Source: Verrucomicrobiota bacterium (GTDB taxonomy: Bacteria; Verrucomicrobiota; Verrucomicrobiia; Limisphaerales; UBA9464). Taken from it: DNA of 64,000 nt. Under the pieces are notes generated by a model. That model was not told the DNA's origin. It did not search any database and was given only the letters and a program-made list of their open reading frames with translations. Position numbers and translations under genes: made by a program. Below, one piece after another: positions 52,112 to 61,357 of the stretch. Each line of letters starts with the position of its first letter. Position 1 is the stretch's first letter. The stretch is from contig VHCX01000006.1 of the NCBI GenBank assembly GCA_016871615.1, positions 5,171 to 69,170 on the forward strand, in the 5' to 3' direction.

Positions 52112-52876
52112 ATGAGCGATTCCGCCAACGCATGGACCCCGCGCCGTTGGATCGGCGTCTCCGCGCTCCTGGCAATCCTGCACGCCGGGGTGTTCTGGCT
52201 GGCGGCCCGGTTCCCGCAGGCTCCCCGACCCGCGGCCCCCGACCCGTTCCGGTGGGTGTGGTCGGCCGATTCACCAGACCCCCTCGAGGGCGGGTTCGTG
52301 TCGCCGACCCGCTTCGCGCTGCCCGGGATCGGCGGCTTCTCGGGCGACGCCGCACGGGCCCTGCCGCCGGTGTCCTACGGGTGGGGACTGTCCCAGCCCC
52401 GGCCCGCGTTCCTCGCGGCCGACCCGGGCGGCGCGCACCTCGGAACGGCCCCGACCCCTTCGTCGCCACCGGACCGGCCGACGGCAACCCGAATCCCGGT
52501 GGCGGAACCGGAGGCGGTGACGCGGATGACCCAGGCCTCCGGGTGGGCCGAACTCGGGGGCGGACTGGCCTCCCGACGGATGACCCGGCCGCCCACGGTG
52601 CCTGCATGGACCGAGGGGGACTTGCCGCAACCCACCCGCATCGAGCTGGCGGTCGATGCCCGGGGCGGGGTGCTCACGGCCCGGATCCTGGCGACCTCGG
52701 GCTCGCGGCCGGCCGACCTGGCCGCCCTCGAGGCCGCCCGTTCGACCCGGTTCGAGCCGCTGCCGGACTCCGGACGGAACGACCTCCTGAGGGCCGACCG
52801 GCTGGCTTGGGGCGTCATGAGCCTCCACCCGGTGCCCGGCCCGCCACCCGCCGCCGACCCGCCCCGGAACCCCTGA
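52112..52876 (+). CDS. TonB-like protein (TM-His, Pro-rich linker, TonB C-terminal domain)
   Basis: VSALLAILH (SHLS-like), VDARGGV...SGSRPADLAALEAAR..RF.P. Confidence 0.7.
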   Translation: MSDSANAWTPRRWIGVSALLAILHAGVFWLAARFPQAPRPAAPDPFRWVWSADSPDPLEGGFVSPTRFALPGIGGFSGDAARALPPVSYGWGLSQPRPAFLAADPGGAHLGTAPTPSSPPDRPTATRIPVAEPEAVTRMTQASGWAELGGGLASRRMTRPPTVPAWTEGDLPQPTRIELAVDARGGVLTARILATSGSRPADLAALEAARSTRFEPLPDSGRNDLLRADRLAWGVMSLHPVPGPPPAADPPRNP

Positions 52877-52882
52877 CCGGAC

Positions 52883-53107
52883 GTGCTCCCCGAATCCCTC
52901 ATCGCACTTTGGGTGGCCGGGCTTCTGGCCGCCCTCGGCCTGCTGGCGCTGGCCGACGAGTTCCGCCGCCGACGCATCGGTTCGGACGTCTCGCAGGACC
53001 AACTCTTCCGCTGCGTGCGCTGCACGTCGGTGTACACCGATGACGCCGAGGTCGAGCGGTCGCGCTGTCCCCACTGCGGCAAGACCAACGAGGCCGTGAG
53101 GTTCTAG
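52883..53107 (+). CDS. Small membrane-anchored zinc-ribbon protein
   Basis: N-terminal TM; CVRC...CPHC. Confidence 0.6.
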   Translation: MLPESLIALWVAGLLAALGLLALADEFRRRRIGSDVSQDQLFRCVRCTSVYTDDAEVERSRCPHCGKTNEAVRF

Positions 53108-53323
53108 GAGCCCTTGGGGACCCAGGCGGGGCCGACGGGGAAGGGAGGGCAACCCTCCGGACCGGGGTGATTTACCATTCCTTCACCATTCAGGGGGGTT
53201 TTGCACACACGACCTTGAAACGCTCCGCATGGACTGGGGGCGTCCGGAGGGGCGATCGCGGGAAACCGCTCCCGCCACCACCGGTCACCACACGACACGC
53301 CTGCCAGACCCAGACACCACCCC

Positions 53324-55090
53324 ATGAATCCTCACACCCTGTCCCTGCTGACCGCGACCCTCTGGTCGCTGGTCCTCGCCCCCGCCACCCTCGGCCAGGA
53401 CGATTTCGGCCGGCCACCCGGCCCGCCGCCCGACTTCGGTGGGCCGCCCCCCTTCGGTCCTGGCGGTCCTGGCGGTCCCGGCGGGTTCAGGGGCGGCCCC
53501 GGTGGCCCCGGTGGCCCCGGCGGTCCGGGATCGGTGCCGAAGACCCTGCTGGTGCCAAAATTCGACACGAACGGCGACCAGCGCCTCGATGCCCAGGAGC
53601 GCCGGGCGGCGCGGGAGTTCCTCGCCCAGGAAAAGGCCGCCGGGCGGATCCGCGGTCGCGGACCGGGCGGACCAGGCGGACCAGGCAGTCGTGGTGGCCG
53701 GGGCAGACCCGGTGGGCCGGGCGGTGGCGGCGAAGGCTCCGCGCCGACCCCCGGAAAGAAGCTCACCCCGGCGGAGGTGAAGAACCATCCCGACGCTCCC
53801 CTGTACGATGAGGGCGTGCTGCGGACGCTCTTCCTGCAGTTCGAGCGCCCGGACTGGGAGAAGGAACTGGCCGACTTCAACAACACCGACGTCGAGGTGC
53901 CGGCCACGCTCACCGTCGACGGGAAGGCCTACCGGGACGTGGGCGTGCATTTCCGGGGGATGTCCTCGTACTTCACGGTCGGCGAAGGCCGGAAACGCTC
54001 GCTCAACGTGTCGCTGGATCACGCCCACAAGGACCAGTCGATCGGCGGGTACAAGACCCTCAACCTGCTGAACTCGCACGAGGATCCGTCCTTCCTGCGC
54101 ACGGTGCTCTACAGCCAAGTCGCCCGGGAATACCTGCCGGCCCCGAAGGCCAACCTCGTGCGGGTGGTGATCAACGGCGAGAATTGGGGCATCTATGCCA
54201 GCGCGCAGCAGTTCGACAAGCAGTTCACCCGGGAATTCTTCGGGTCGTCCGAGGGACGCCGGTGGAAGGTCTCCGGCAGCCCCAATGGCCGGGGAACCCT
54301 GGCCTACCTGGGCGACGACCCGGCCCCGTACCAGAAGATCTACGACCTCAAGGGCAAGGACAGCGAGAAGGCCTGGAAAGACCTCATCCAACTGACCCGC
54401 GTGCTCAACCAGACCCCGGCGGCCCAACTCGAGGCGGCGCTGGAACCGATCCTGGATGTCGACGGGGCGCTGCGGTTCCTCGCGGTGGAGAACGCCCTGA
54501 TCAACAACGACGGTTACTGGATCCGCACCAGCGACTACGCCTTGTACCAGGACCCGAAGGGCCGTTTCCACCTGGTGCCGCATGACATGAACGAGGCCTT
54601 CAGCCGCGCCGGTGGGCCCGGGTTCGGCGGCAGACGCCGCGGGCCGGGCGGGCCGGGTGGGCCGGGTGGGCCGGGTGGGCCGGGTGGGCCGGGGGGGCCG
54701 GGCGGTGGCCATCGGGTGGAGGGCGTGAAGCTCGATCCGCTCCTGGCCGCACAGGACGCGAACAAGCCGCTCATCTCCAGGCTGTTGGCCGTGACGGCCC
54801 TGCGCGAACGCTACCTCGGTCATGTCCGGGCCATCGCCGAGAACTCGCTCGACTGGCAGAAGCTCGGGCCGCTGGCCGAAGGCCTCCATAGGCTCATCGC
54901 CGACGAGGTTCGGGCCGACACCCGCAAGCTCGACTCGACCGAGGCCTTCGAGAAGAGCCTGACCCAGGACGTGGCCGGTAGCGGATTCGGACCCGGGGGC
55001 GGCGGGTCGATGGGCCTCAGGAACTTCGCCGAGCAGCGGCGGGCCTACCTGCTGGGGTACCAGCCCAAGGCGGTGACCCCGGCGCCGTGA
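53324..55090 (+). CDS. Secreted CotH-family kinase-like protein with Gly-Gly-Pro repeats
   Basis: Signal peptide; VGVHFRGMSS, KRSLNV, LNLLN..EDPSFLR, INGENWGIY, N.D, PHDMN. Confidence 0.82.
   Translation: MNPHTLSLLTATLWSLVLAPATLGQDDFGRPPGPPPDFGGPPPFGPGGPGGPGGFRGGPGGPGGPGGPGSVPKTLLVPKFDTNGDQRLDAQERRAAREFLAQEKAAGRIRGRGPGGPGGPGSRGGRGRPGGPGGGGEGSAPTPGKKLTPAEVKNHPDAPLYDEGVLRTLFLQFERPDWEKELADFNNTDVEVPATLTVDGKAYRDVGVHFRGMSSYFTVGEGRKRSLNVSLDHAHKDQSIGGYKTLNLLNSHEDPSFLRTVLYSQVAREYLPAPKANLVRVVINGENWGIYASAQQFDKQFTREFFGSSEGRRWKVSGSPNGRGTLAYLGDDPAPYQKIYDLKGKDSEKAWKDLIQLTRVLNQTPAAQLEAALEPILDVDGALRFLAVENALINNDGYWIRTSDYALYQDPKGRFHLVPHDMNEAFSRAGGPGFGGRRRGPGGPGGPGGPGGPGGPGGPGGGHRVEGVKLDPLLAAQDANKPLISRLLAVTALRERYLGHVRAIAENSLDWQKLGPLAEGLHRLIADEVRADTRKLDSTEAFEKSLTQDVAGSGFGPGGGGSMGLRNFAEQRRAYLLGYQPKAVTPAP
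54641..54703 (+). repeat. In-frame 9-bp tandem repeat (GGGCCGGGN)x7
   Basis: Encodes (GPG)n in CotH. Confidence 0.85.
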
Positions 55091-55246
55091 CGTCCTTCGA
55101 GGGACTCCGGGCGGGGTGGCCTCGCCATCGACGCCATCCCGCCCCGGTGCCATCCACGAAAGGGGACCCCCCGGAATCCCGCGGCCGACCGTACCCGGAT
55201 GCGCTGCACGGTTGGCTTTTCTCCCCGACTCCTCTCCACTCGGGGC

Positions 55247-56464
55247 ATGAGCGAGACGGCCCGTTTCCTGCAATCCTGTCCCTCCGACGAGGACATCGAT
55301 GTCGTCCGGCTGGTGGACTGCGTGATCATCGACGCCGTGCGGGCCGGGGCCAGCGACATCCACATCGAGCCCTGGGAGTCGAGCATCGCCGTCCGGGTGC
55401 GCATCAGCGGCGTGCTCAATGAACTGATCCACCTGCCCAGCGACCTGCTGCCCAAGATCACGGGCCGACTCAAGGTGCTGGCCAACCTGATGGGCCACGA
55501 GACCCAGCTGCCGCAGGAGGGGCGCGCGACGACCTTCCCCGAGGCCGGCAACGTGGTGCTGCGCATCTCCACCTTCCCGACGATCCGCGGTGAGAAGACC
55601 GTGCTGCGCATCTTCGACCCGTCGAACCGGGCCTTCAACCTCGAGGCGCTCGGCCTCGAGCCCGACGCACTCGAGAGCCTCAAGGGCCTGCTGGCCCGGC
55701 CCAGCGGCCTGATGCTGATGACCGGACCCACCGGCTCGGGCAAGACGACGGTGATCTACGCCTCGCTCTGCCACCTCATCGAGCGGGCCGGCCCGAGCAT
55801 CAGCGTCGCCACGGTCGAAGACCCGGTGGAGTTCACGCTGCCGCTCATCGCCCAGTCGCAGTGCAATGCGGCGCGCGAGTACACCTACCCCGTGGCCCTG
55901 CGTTCGCTGATGCGGCAGGACCCGCAGGTCATCATGATCGGCGAGATCCGGGACGCCGAGACGGCACAGATCGCCGTGCAGGCGGGTCTCACCGGGCACC
56001 TGGTCATCAGCACCATCCACTCGGGCAGCACCACCGGCGTCTTCGCGCGGCTCATCAACATGGGCATCGAGCCCTTCCTGTTGGCCTCGTCCATCACCGG
56101 GGTGCTGGGCATGCGGCTCATCCGCCGCAACTGCCCGGTGTGTCTCGAGGAGTACCGGCCCGACCCGGCGGTGCTGGCCTGCCGGCCGGCCGAGGCGCGC
56201 CAGTCGGGCATGTTCCAGCGGGGGGGCGGTTGCCCGGCCTGCAACCACACCGGCTTCAGCGGCCGGGCGATGGTGGTGGAAACCCTCAAGGTCGACGAAG
56301 GCCTCCGCGACGCGGTGCTGCAGAAGACCCCCACCCGCCGCCTGCAGGAGATCGCCCAGGCTCAAGGCATGGAAACCCTCTGGCAGGCGGGCCTGCGGCG
56401 GGCCCTGCGAGGGGAGACCACCGTGGAGGAAATCCTGCGGGTCGTGGGTTTCGAGGGCTTTTGA
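55247..56464 (+). CDS. GspE/PulE/PilB-family secretion ATPase (no N-terminal extension)
   Basis: ASDIHIEP, GPTGSGKTT, TVEDPVE, MRQDPQVIMIGEIRD, CPVC/CPAC. Confidence 0.9.
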   Translation: MSETARFLQSCPSDEDIDVVRLVDCVIIDAVRAGASDIHIEPWESSIAVRVRISGVLNELIHLPSDLLPKITGRLKVLANLMGHETQLPQEGRATTFPEAGNVVLRISTFPTIRGEKTVLRIFDPSNRAFNLEALGLEPDALESLKGLLARPSGLMLMTGPTGSGKTTVIYASLCHLIERAGPSISVATVEDPVEFTLPLIAQSQCNAAREYTYPVALRSLMRQDPQVIMIGEIRDAETAQIAVQAGLTGHLVISTIHSGSTTGVFARLINMGIEPFLLASSITGVLGMRLIRRNCPVCLEEYRPDPAVLACRPAEARQSGMFQRGGGCPACNHTGFSGRAMVVETLKVDEGLRDAVLQKTPTRRLQEIAQAQGMETLWQAGLRRALRGETTVEEILRVVGFEGF

Positions 56465-56497
56465 GCGGGTCGAACGGCCCGGCCGAGGACGCTCCGT

Positions 56498-56533
56498 CCG
56501 GTTCGATGCCCGGTTCGACGCCCGGCTCGACGC
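56498..56533. repeat. Tandem 12-mer CCGGYTCGAYGC x3
   Basis: Read directly in a convergent intergenic gap. Confidence 0.65.
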
Positions 56534-56632
56534 GTGGACTTCGGGCGGGGATCGCCTGGCCCAGAGACGCCAACGGGGCACCCCGGGAAAATCCCTGGAT
56601 GCCCCGATGTGACCGGCGTCGTCGAAGACCGA

Positions 56633-57535
56633 TCAGTAGCCGTACTGCGGCACGCTGCCGTTGGCCAGGATGTAGCCGGTGCGCTCGCGGTACCATTGGA
56701 AGTCCACGCGCCCCTGGACATCAAAGGACTTGGTGGCCGGATAGGCGAACTTCACGGCCTGGTATTTCGAGGCCCCGCTCAGCCACCGGCGGATCTCCGC
56801 GTGGCCGTCGGCGAAGGAAAACCCGCAGGCACCGTTGTGGTAGGAGGCCGGGATGTCCTGCCAGGCGGAGGCATCGGGGTTGTTGATGAAGTACCCGTCG
56901 TTGATGGAGTCGGGATGCTCGTCGAGGGTGAGCCAGGTCTTGGAGGGCGAGGGCACCTGGGACTGCTTCAGGAACTGGATGCGGTCGGAGAAGCCCCAGT
57001 TGCGGCCGGTACGCGTGGGATCATCCCCGATGCTGAAGCGGCCGAAGAACGAGTTCATCGCCATGCTGCGGTTGCGGCGTGCCCACCCCTTGGCCCGCTG
57101 CGCCGGCGCCACGAAGATGTCGGCCGGACACTTGTACACCCCGACCGCGCCGGCCGTGTACTTGCCCAGCACGCCATTGGCCACCCAGGCGTCATTGGTG
57201 ACGCTGCGCTCGGCGGTGCCGCCCCCGGCGCCCCAGGTCATGACGTTGTTGACCCAGTTGTCGAAGACGCGGCGGTCGATGGCCTCGATGGTCTCGCTGA
57301 CGCCGTAGTTGTTGGCGACGGCGTCATTGAAATCGGTGGAGTAGAGGTGCCAGCCCAAGGTGAGCTGCTTGCCGTTGTTGACGCAGCCGATGCCCTGGGC
57401 CTTGGACTTGGCCTTGGCCAGCGCCGGCAGGAGCATGCCGGCCAGGATGGCGATGATGGCGATGACCACCAGCAGCTCGATGAGGGTGAAACCGCGACGG
57501 CTTTCGGTTCGGGGAATGGATTCCAAGGTTTTCAT
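56633..57535 (-). CDS. Prepilin-type N-terminal cleavage/methylation protein with H-X9-DG motif
   Basis: [14 protein letters not shown]; YKCPAD; [13 protein letters not shown]. Confidence 0.88.
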   Translation of the reverse strand: MKTLESIPRTESRRGFTLIELLVVIAIIAILAGMLLPALAKAKSKAQGIGCVNNGKQLTLGWHLYSTDFNDAVANNYGVSETIEAIDRRVFDNWVNNVMTWGAGGGTAERSVTNDAWVANGVLGKYTAGAVGVYKCPADIFVAPAQRAKGWARRNRSMAMNSFFGRFSIGDDPTRTGRNWGFSDRIQFLKQSQVPSPSKTWLTLDEHPDSINDGYFINNPDASAWQDIPASYHNGACGFSFADGHAEIRRWLSGASKYQAVKFAYPATKSFDVQGRVDFQWYRERTGYILANGSVPQYGY

Positions 57536-57550
57536 GGACGGACTGTGCCA

Positions 57551-57578
57551 AGGCTACCCCAGCGGCCCGGCCTGACAA
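57551..57578 (-). promoter_or_regulatory. Sigma70-like promoter of pseudopilin gene
   Basis: TTGTCA-N16-TAGCCT, 15 nt before the ATG. Confidence 0.45.
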
Positions 57579-57625
57579 GTGCGGCTTATGGAACCCTGCC
57601 CCCCAGAAAAATCCTGCAGGAGGGC

Positions 57626-59887
57626 TCAGGGCTCGACCACCCGGAAGAACTGGCCGTCGGGGGCGTTGGCGCCCGAATCCAGCAGCAGCAGCACGCCCTC
57701 CGGATCGCTGATCTCCAGTTCGGTGGCCCGACCCCAGGTGCGGAGGTCGGATGACCTCTCCAGACGGAAGGCCTGGTCCATCTGGCCACCGAAGAGGAAG
57801 AGGCTCTCGTCGGGCGACTTGGGGTAGTTGAGCACCTGCACCGGCGCATCGAAGGCGACGGCCCGGGCCCGCAGGAGGGCGGCACCGGATCCCCCGACGA
57901 TCCACTGCCCGGCCGCCGCGCACGCCGTGTAAAGGTTGCGGGTGGTCAGGGTGGGCGACTCCACCCAGGAGGACAGATCCTGCGACAGGGCCACCACGCC
58001 GCCATCGCCCACCAGGCAGAACCACCCGGACTGCCAGGCGACGTCATTCCACCAGGTCGCCGACGGCGTGGACGAGGCGGTCCACACCAGGCCGTCGGAG
58101 CTGCTCAGCACGGTGCCGCCGTCGCCCACGGCGACGAGCCGGCCGCCCAGCCAGCGTACCCGCCAGAGCCAGCGGGAGGTGCCCGAGGCCCGGGAGGTCC
58201 ACGACTGGCCATTGGCGCTGGTCAGCAGCGTGCCGTTCTGGCCGGACACCACGAAGCCCCCCGGCCAGGCGGCTGCGCCGCTGAGGACCGCGCTCACCCC
58301 GGCGGTCCGGCGCGTCCACGTCCGGGCGTCGGGGCTGGTCAGGATCGTGCCGGCCGATCCGGCGACGACGAACAGGTTCCCGTCGGCGCAGACGCCCCGG
58401 AGGTCGGCCAGGACGCCCGAGGTCGCCGACTCCCAGGCGATGCCGAGGGTGTTCACCCGGTTGGTGAGCACCACGCGGACGACCTGGGTGCCGTTGGTGG
58501 CGGTGTTGGTGCTGACCAGCGGGACGTAGTCGGGGCGGCTCACGGCCAGGGCACCGGCGGATCCGGCCGCGACCACCAGGTTGGACCGTCCGCCGATCCC
58601 GAAGTAGGAGACGCCCGAGGCGCTGGCCGGGGCCAGGCCGCGGTTCCAGTTCTTCCCGTCGGCGCTGTCGAGGAACTGGGCCGACTCGCCGGCGGTGACC
58701 CGCAGGGTCTGCGGCTGGGTGTTGGTGGCGTAGGCCGGGATGCCCGAGGGGAAGCTCACGCTCACGTTGGTTCCCGGCACACTGAGCACCACCGAGTCCC
58801 AGATGGAGTCGAAGCCCGGCGGCTCGGTGTAGGACCAGTTGAACCCGGCCAGGGTGGTGGACCGGGTGCCGGTGACCATCAGCCCGCCGCGGGTGCCGGC
58901 CACCACCTGCCGGCCATCCCAGAGCAGGCATTGGTAGGTGACCAGCGGCGCGGGATTGGCCCGCAGCGGGTTGATCTCGGACGACCAGATCCAACCGCCC
59001 AGGAGGTTGACCCCGAAGCGCAGCTCGCCCGCCCCGCCCACCAGCCGCTCGGAGCCCACCGCGAGGACCGATGTCAGCGCATTGGTGGTGACAATGCGGC
59101 CCGAGTCCCAGACGGCCAGTTGGGGGGTGCGGCTGATGAGGTAGTTGCCGGCGTCGCCCACGGCCATGACCCCGGTCGGGACCGGGGCCACCCGGTAGAG
59201 GTTGAACGCGGCCCGTCCGGCGGTGCGGGCGGTCCAGGTCAGGCCGTCGGGGCTGCTGGCGACGAAGCCCGAATCACCCACGGCCACGAAGAGCCCCGAG
59301 GCGTAGGTCACGCTGCTCAGGTTGTTGGTGCGCCCGGTGGAGGCCGCCGTCCACGAGACGCCGTCGGTGCTCATCAGCACCGTGCCGGCGTCACCCACGG
59401 CCACCACGCGGTCGGCCGAGGCGGCCACGGACTCGAGCCACCGGGTGCTGCCCGAGGCGGCGGCGGTGAAGGTCTCGCCATCGGACCAGAGCACCGTTCC
59501 CCCTTCGCCGACGACGATCGCCCGGTCACCCAGGTAGGCCGCCCCGCGCAAGGCGGCCGTGGCGCCGGTCTTGGCGCGCCGCCAGTCGGGCAGTGCGTCC
59601 GCCACCCAGAGCGAGCCCCGGTCCCCCACGGCGAGGTACAGGCGGTTGGTCCGCCAGGCCAGGTCGGTGATGGAGTTGCCGAAGGGCGCGGGATTCGACC
59701 AGCGCCACGTCAGGTTGGTGCCCTGGGCCACGCCTCGAACCCCGCCGCAGATCAGCACGAGCCACACCAACAGCCCCAGCGGCAGGGCGACCGTCGCCGA
59801 CAATCCCCCGGGGAGGCGGTTCCGGAGGCGTGTGGGCCGCGGCCTTGGGAGACGTCTGCTCCGGGCCACGCCGTCGGGGAAACTCAT
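57626..59887 (-). CDS. Secreted BNR/Asp-box beta-propeller repeat protein
   Basis: Repeated VAVG..GTVL.S.DG..W units. Start may lie slightly downstream. Confidence 0.8.
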   Translation of the reverse strand: MSFPDGVARSRRLPRPRPTRLRNRLPGGLSATVALPLGLLVWLVLICGGVRGVAQGTNLTWRWSNPAPFGNSITDLAWRTNRLYLAVGDRGSLWVADALPDWRRAKTGATAALRGAAYLGDRAIVVGEGGTVLWSDGETFTAAASGSTRWLESVAASADRVVAVGDAGTVLMSTDGVSWTAASTGRTNNLSSVTYASGLFVAVGDSGFVASSPDGLTWTARTAGRAAFNLYRVAPVPTGVMAVGDAGNYLISRTPQLAVWDSGRIVTTNALTSVLAVGSERLVGGAGELRFGVNLLGGWIWSSEINPLRANPAPLVTYQCLLWDGRQVVAGTRGGLMVTGTRSTTLAGFNWSYTEPPGFDSIWDSVVLSVPGTNVSVSFPSGIPAYATNTQPQTLRVTAGESAQFLDSADGKNWNRGLAPASASGVSYFGIGGRSNLVVAAGSAGALAVSRPDYVPLVSTNTATNGTQVVRVVLTNRVNTLGIAWESATSGVLADLRGVCADGNLFVVAGSAGTILTSPDARTWTRRTAGVSAVLSGAAAWPGGFVVSGQNGTLLTSANGQSWTSRASGTSRWLWRVRWLGGRLVAVGDGGTVLSSSDGLVWTASSTPSATWWNDVAWQSGWFCLVGDGGVVALSQDLSSWVESPTLTTRNLYTACAAAGQWIVGGSGAALLRARAVAFDAPVQVLNYPKSPDESLFLFGGQMDQAFRLERSSDLRTWGRATELEISDPEGVLLLLDSGANAPDGQFFRVVEP

Positions 59888-61341
59888 GGCGTTTCTGTAG
59901 GGGAAGAACCGCCGCCCGGCAAGAGATCGGCCGGCTCTGGCGGCAGCCGGACCGCGAAGGTCGAGCCGTCCGGACCCGTGCGCTCAAGCACCACGTCGCC
60001 GCCGACGGCCAGCGCCAGCTGCCGGGTGATGGCCAGGCCCAGGCCACTGCCACCCGGCTTGGTGGACACGGTGGGCTCGAAGAGCCGTTCGCGCACCGAG
60101 GGGTCGATGCCGCGTCCCGAATCGCTCACCCGGACGACCAGCCCGCCGTCCGGGCCGGTCTCCGAGCGCACCAGCACCTCGGCCTGGTCGGGGGATGCCT
60201 GCAGGGCGTTGCCCAGCAGGTTCTCCACGACCAGCAGGAGCAGGTTGGCCTCGCGGTGGCGCAGCCGGTGGGGGGCCTCCCCGCCAAGCACGACCCGAAC
60301 CCCGCGGTCACGCGCCGCCGGATCGACCCGCTGGAGCACGCGGGGCAGCAGCTCGGAGACCTCCAGCTCGAACTCCGTGACACCGCCGGTCTCCTGAAGG
60401 ACCCGCACCACGCCGTCGATGAGGGCCCGCATGCGGCGCAGCGTCGCCAGGGCCTCGGCCCGGTCGGCCGCCGGCACCGGACGGTCGTCGCCGAGGGAAC
60501 CGAGGAAGGCCTGGAGACCCGCCAGCGGGTTGCGCAGTCCGTGGACCAGGTGGGCGGCCACCGCACCCAAGGCCCCGGTCTTGGTGGCCATCATCAGCTC
60601 GCGGTTGGCGCGTGCCAGACGCTCTCCCCGCTCGAGCAGGCCCCGGTTGGCCCGCGCCAGATGCGCGAGGGTCATGCCGACGGCCAGGGCGAGGGCCGCG
60701 CCCGAGAGCAGCAGGGTCACCAGGCCCTGCCGCCAGAGGCTGCGGTCGAGCCGGGCGTACTCGTCCAGCAGGCCGGAGCCGTCGAGGTCCACGCCCAGGA
60801 TGCCCGCCAGCGACGGCACCGGAGCGTCGGACAGGGGGATGTGCAGGCGCAGCACGGCCGGCGCACCCCCGGGCGGCGCGATGAGCTCCGGGTGGGTGCG
60901 GCCCCAGAGCAGTTCCTCGAGCCGGGCCGGTTCCGGCGCGGGCACCGGCTCCTCGCCATAGACGCGTGAGGGCAGGGCCCCGTGGGCATCGAAGACGGTG
61001 ATGCATCGCACATGGGCCAGTTGCGGGAGGGTGGCCACCTCGACGGCAGCCAGGAGGGGATCGTCGACGCCCTCGGCCCGGAGGGCGGCGAAGCGGCCCT
61101 GGAACAGCGCGGCCACGGCCTGGGCCTCGCGCTCGAGCAGGCCTGAGCGCAGGTCCTGTCGCAGGGGGATGCGCGTGCCCACGACCGCGGCGACCAGCAC
61201 GACGAGCGCGGCGGCGATTCCGCCCAGGGTCGGGCCATGCGCCCGGATCGTCGTCCGGGAGATCGGCCTCGGGGGCGGGGGCGTTGGCCTCGGATCGGGC
61301 ATCGGCGGGGGAACGGGTTCGGGGGCGGGAGGGTTCGGCAT
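59884..61341 (-). CDS. Membrane sensor histidine kinase
   Basis: Two TMs; H-box HGLRNPL; NLLGNALQA; DSGRGI; LFEP..STKPGGSGLGL. Confidence 0.88.
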   Translation of the reverse strand: MPNPPAPEPVPPPMPDPRPTPPPPRPISRTTIRAHGPTLGGIAAALVVLVAAVVGTRIPLRQDLRSGLLEREAQAVAALFQGRFAALRAEGVDDPLLAAVEVATLPQLAHVRCITVFDAHGALPSRVYGEEPVPAPEPARLEELLWGRTHPELIAPPGGAPAVLRLHIPLSDAPVPSLAGILGVDLDGSGLLDEYARLDRSLWRQGLVTLLLSGAALALAVGMTLAHLARANRGLLERGERLARANRELMMATKTGALGAVAAHLVHGLRNPLAGLQAFLGSLGDDRPVPAADRAEALATLRRMRALIDGVVRVLQETGGVTEFELEVSELLPRVLQRVDPAARDRGVRVVLGGEAPHRLRHREANLLLLVVENLLGNALQASPDQAEVLVRSETGPDGGLVVRVSDSGRGIDPSVRERLFEPTVSTKPGGSGLGLAITRQLALAVGGDVVLERTGPDGSTFAVRLPPEPADLLPGGGSSPTETP

Positions 61342-61357
61342 CGAGGGTCGTCGGACC

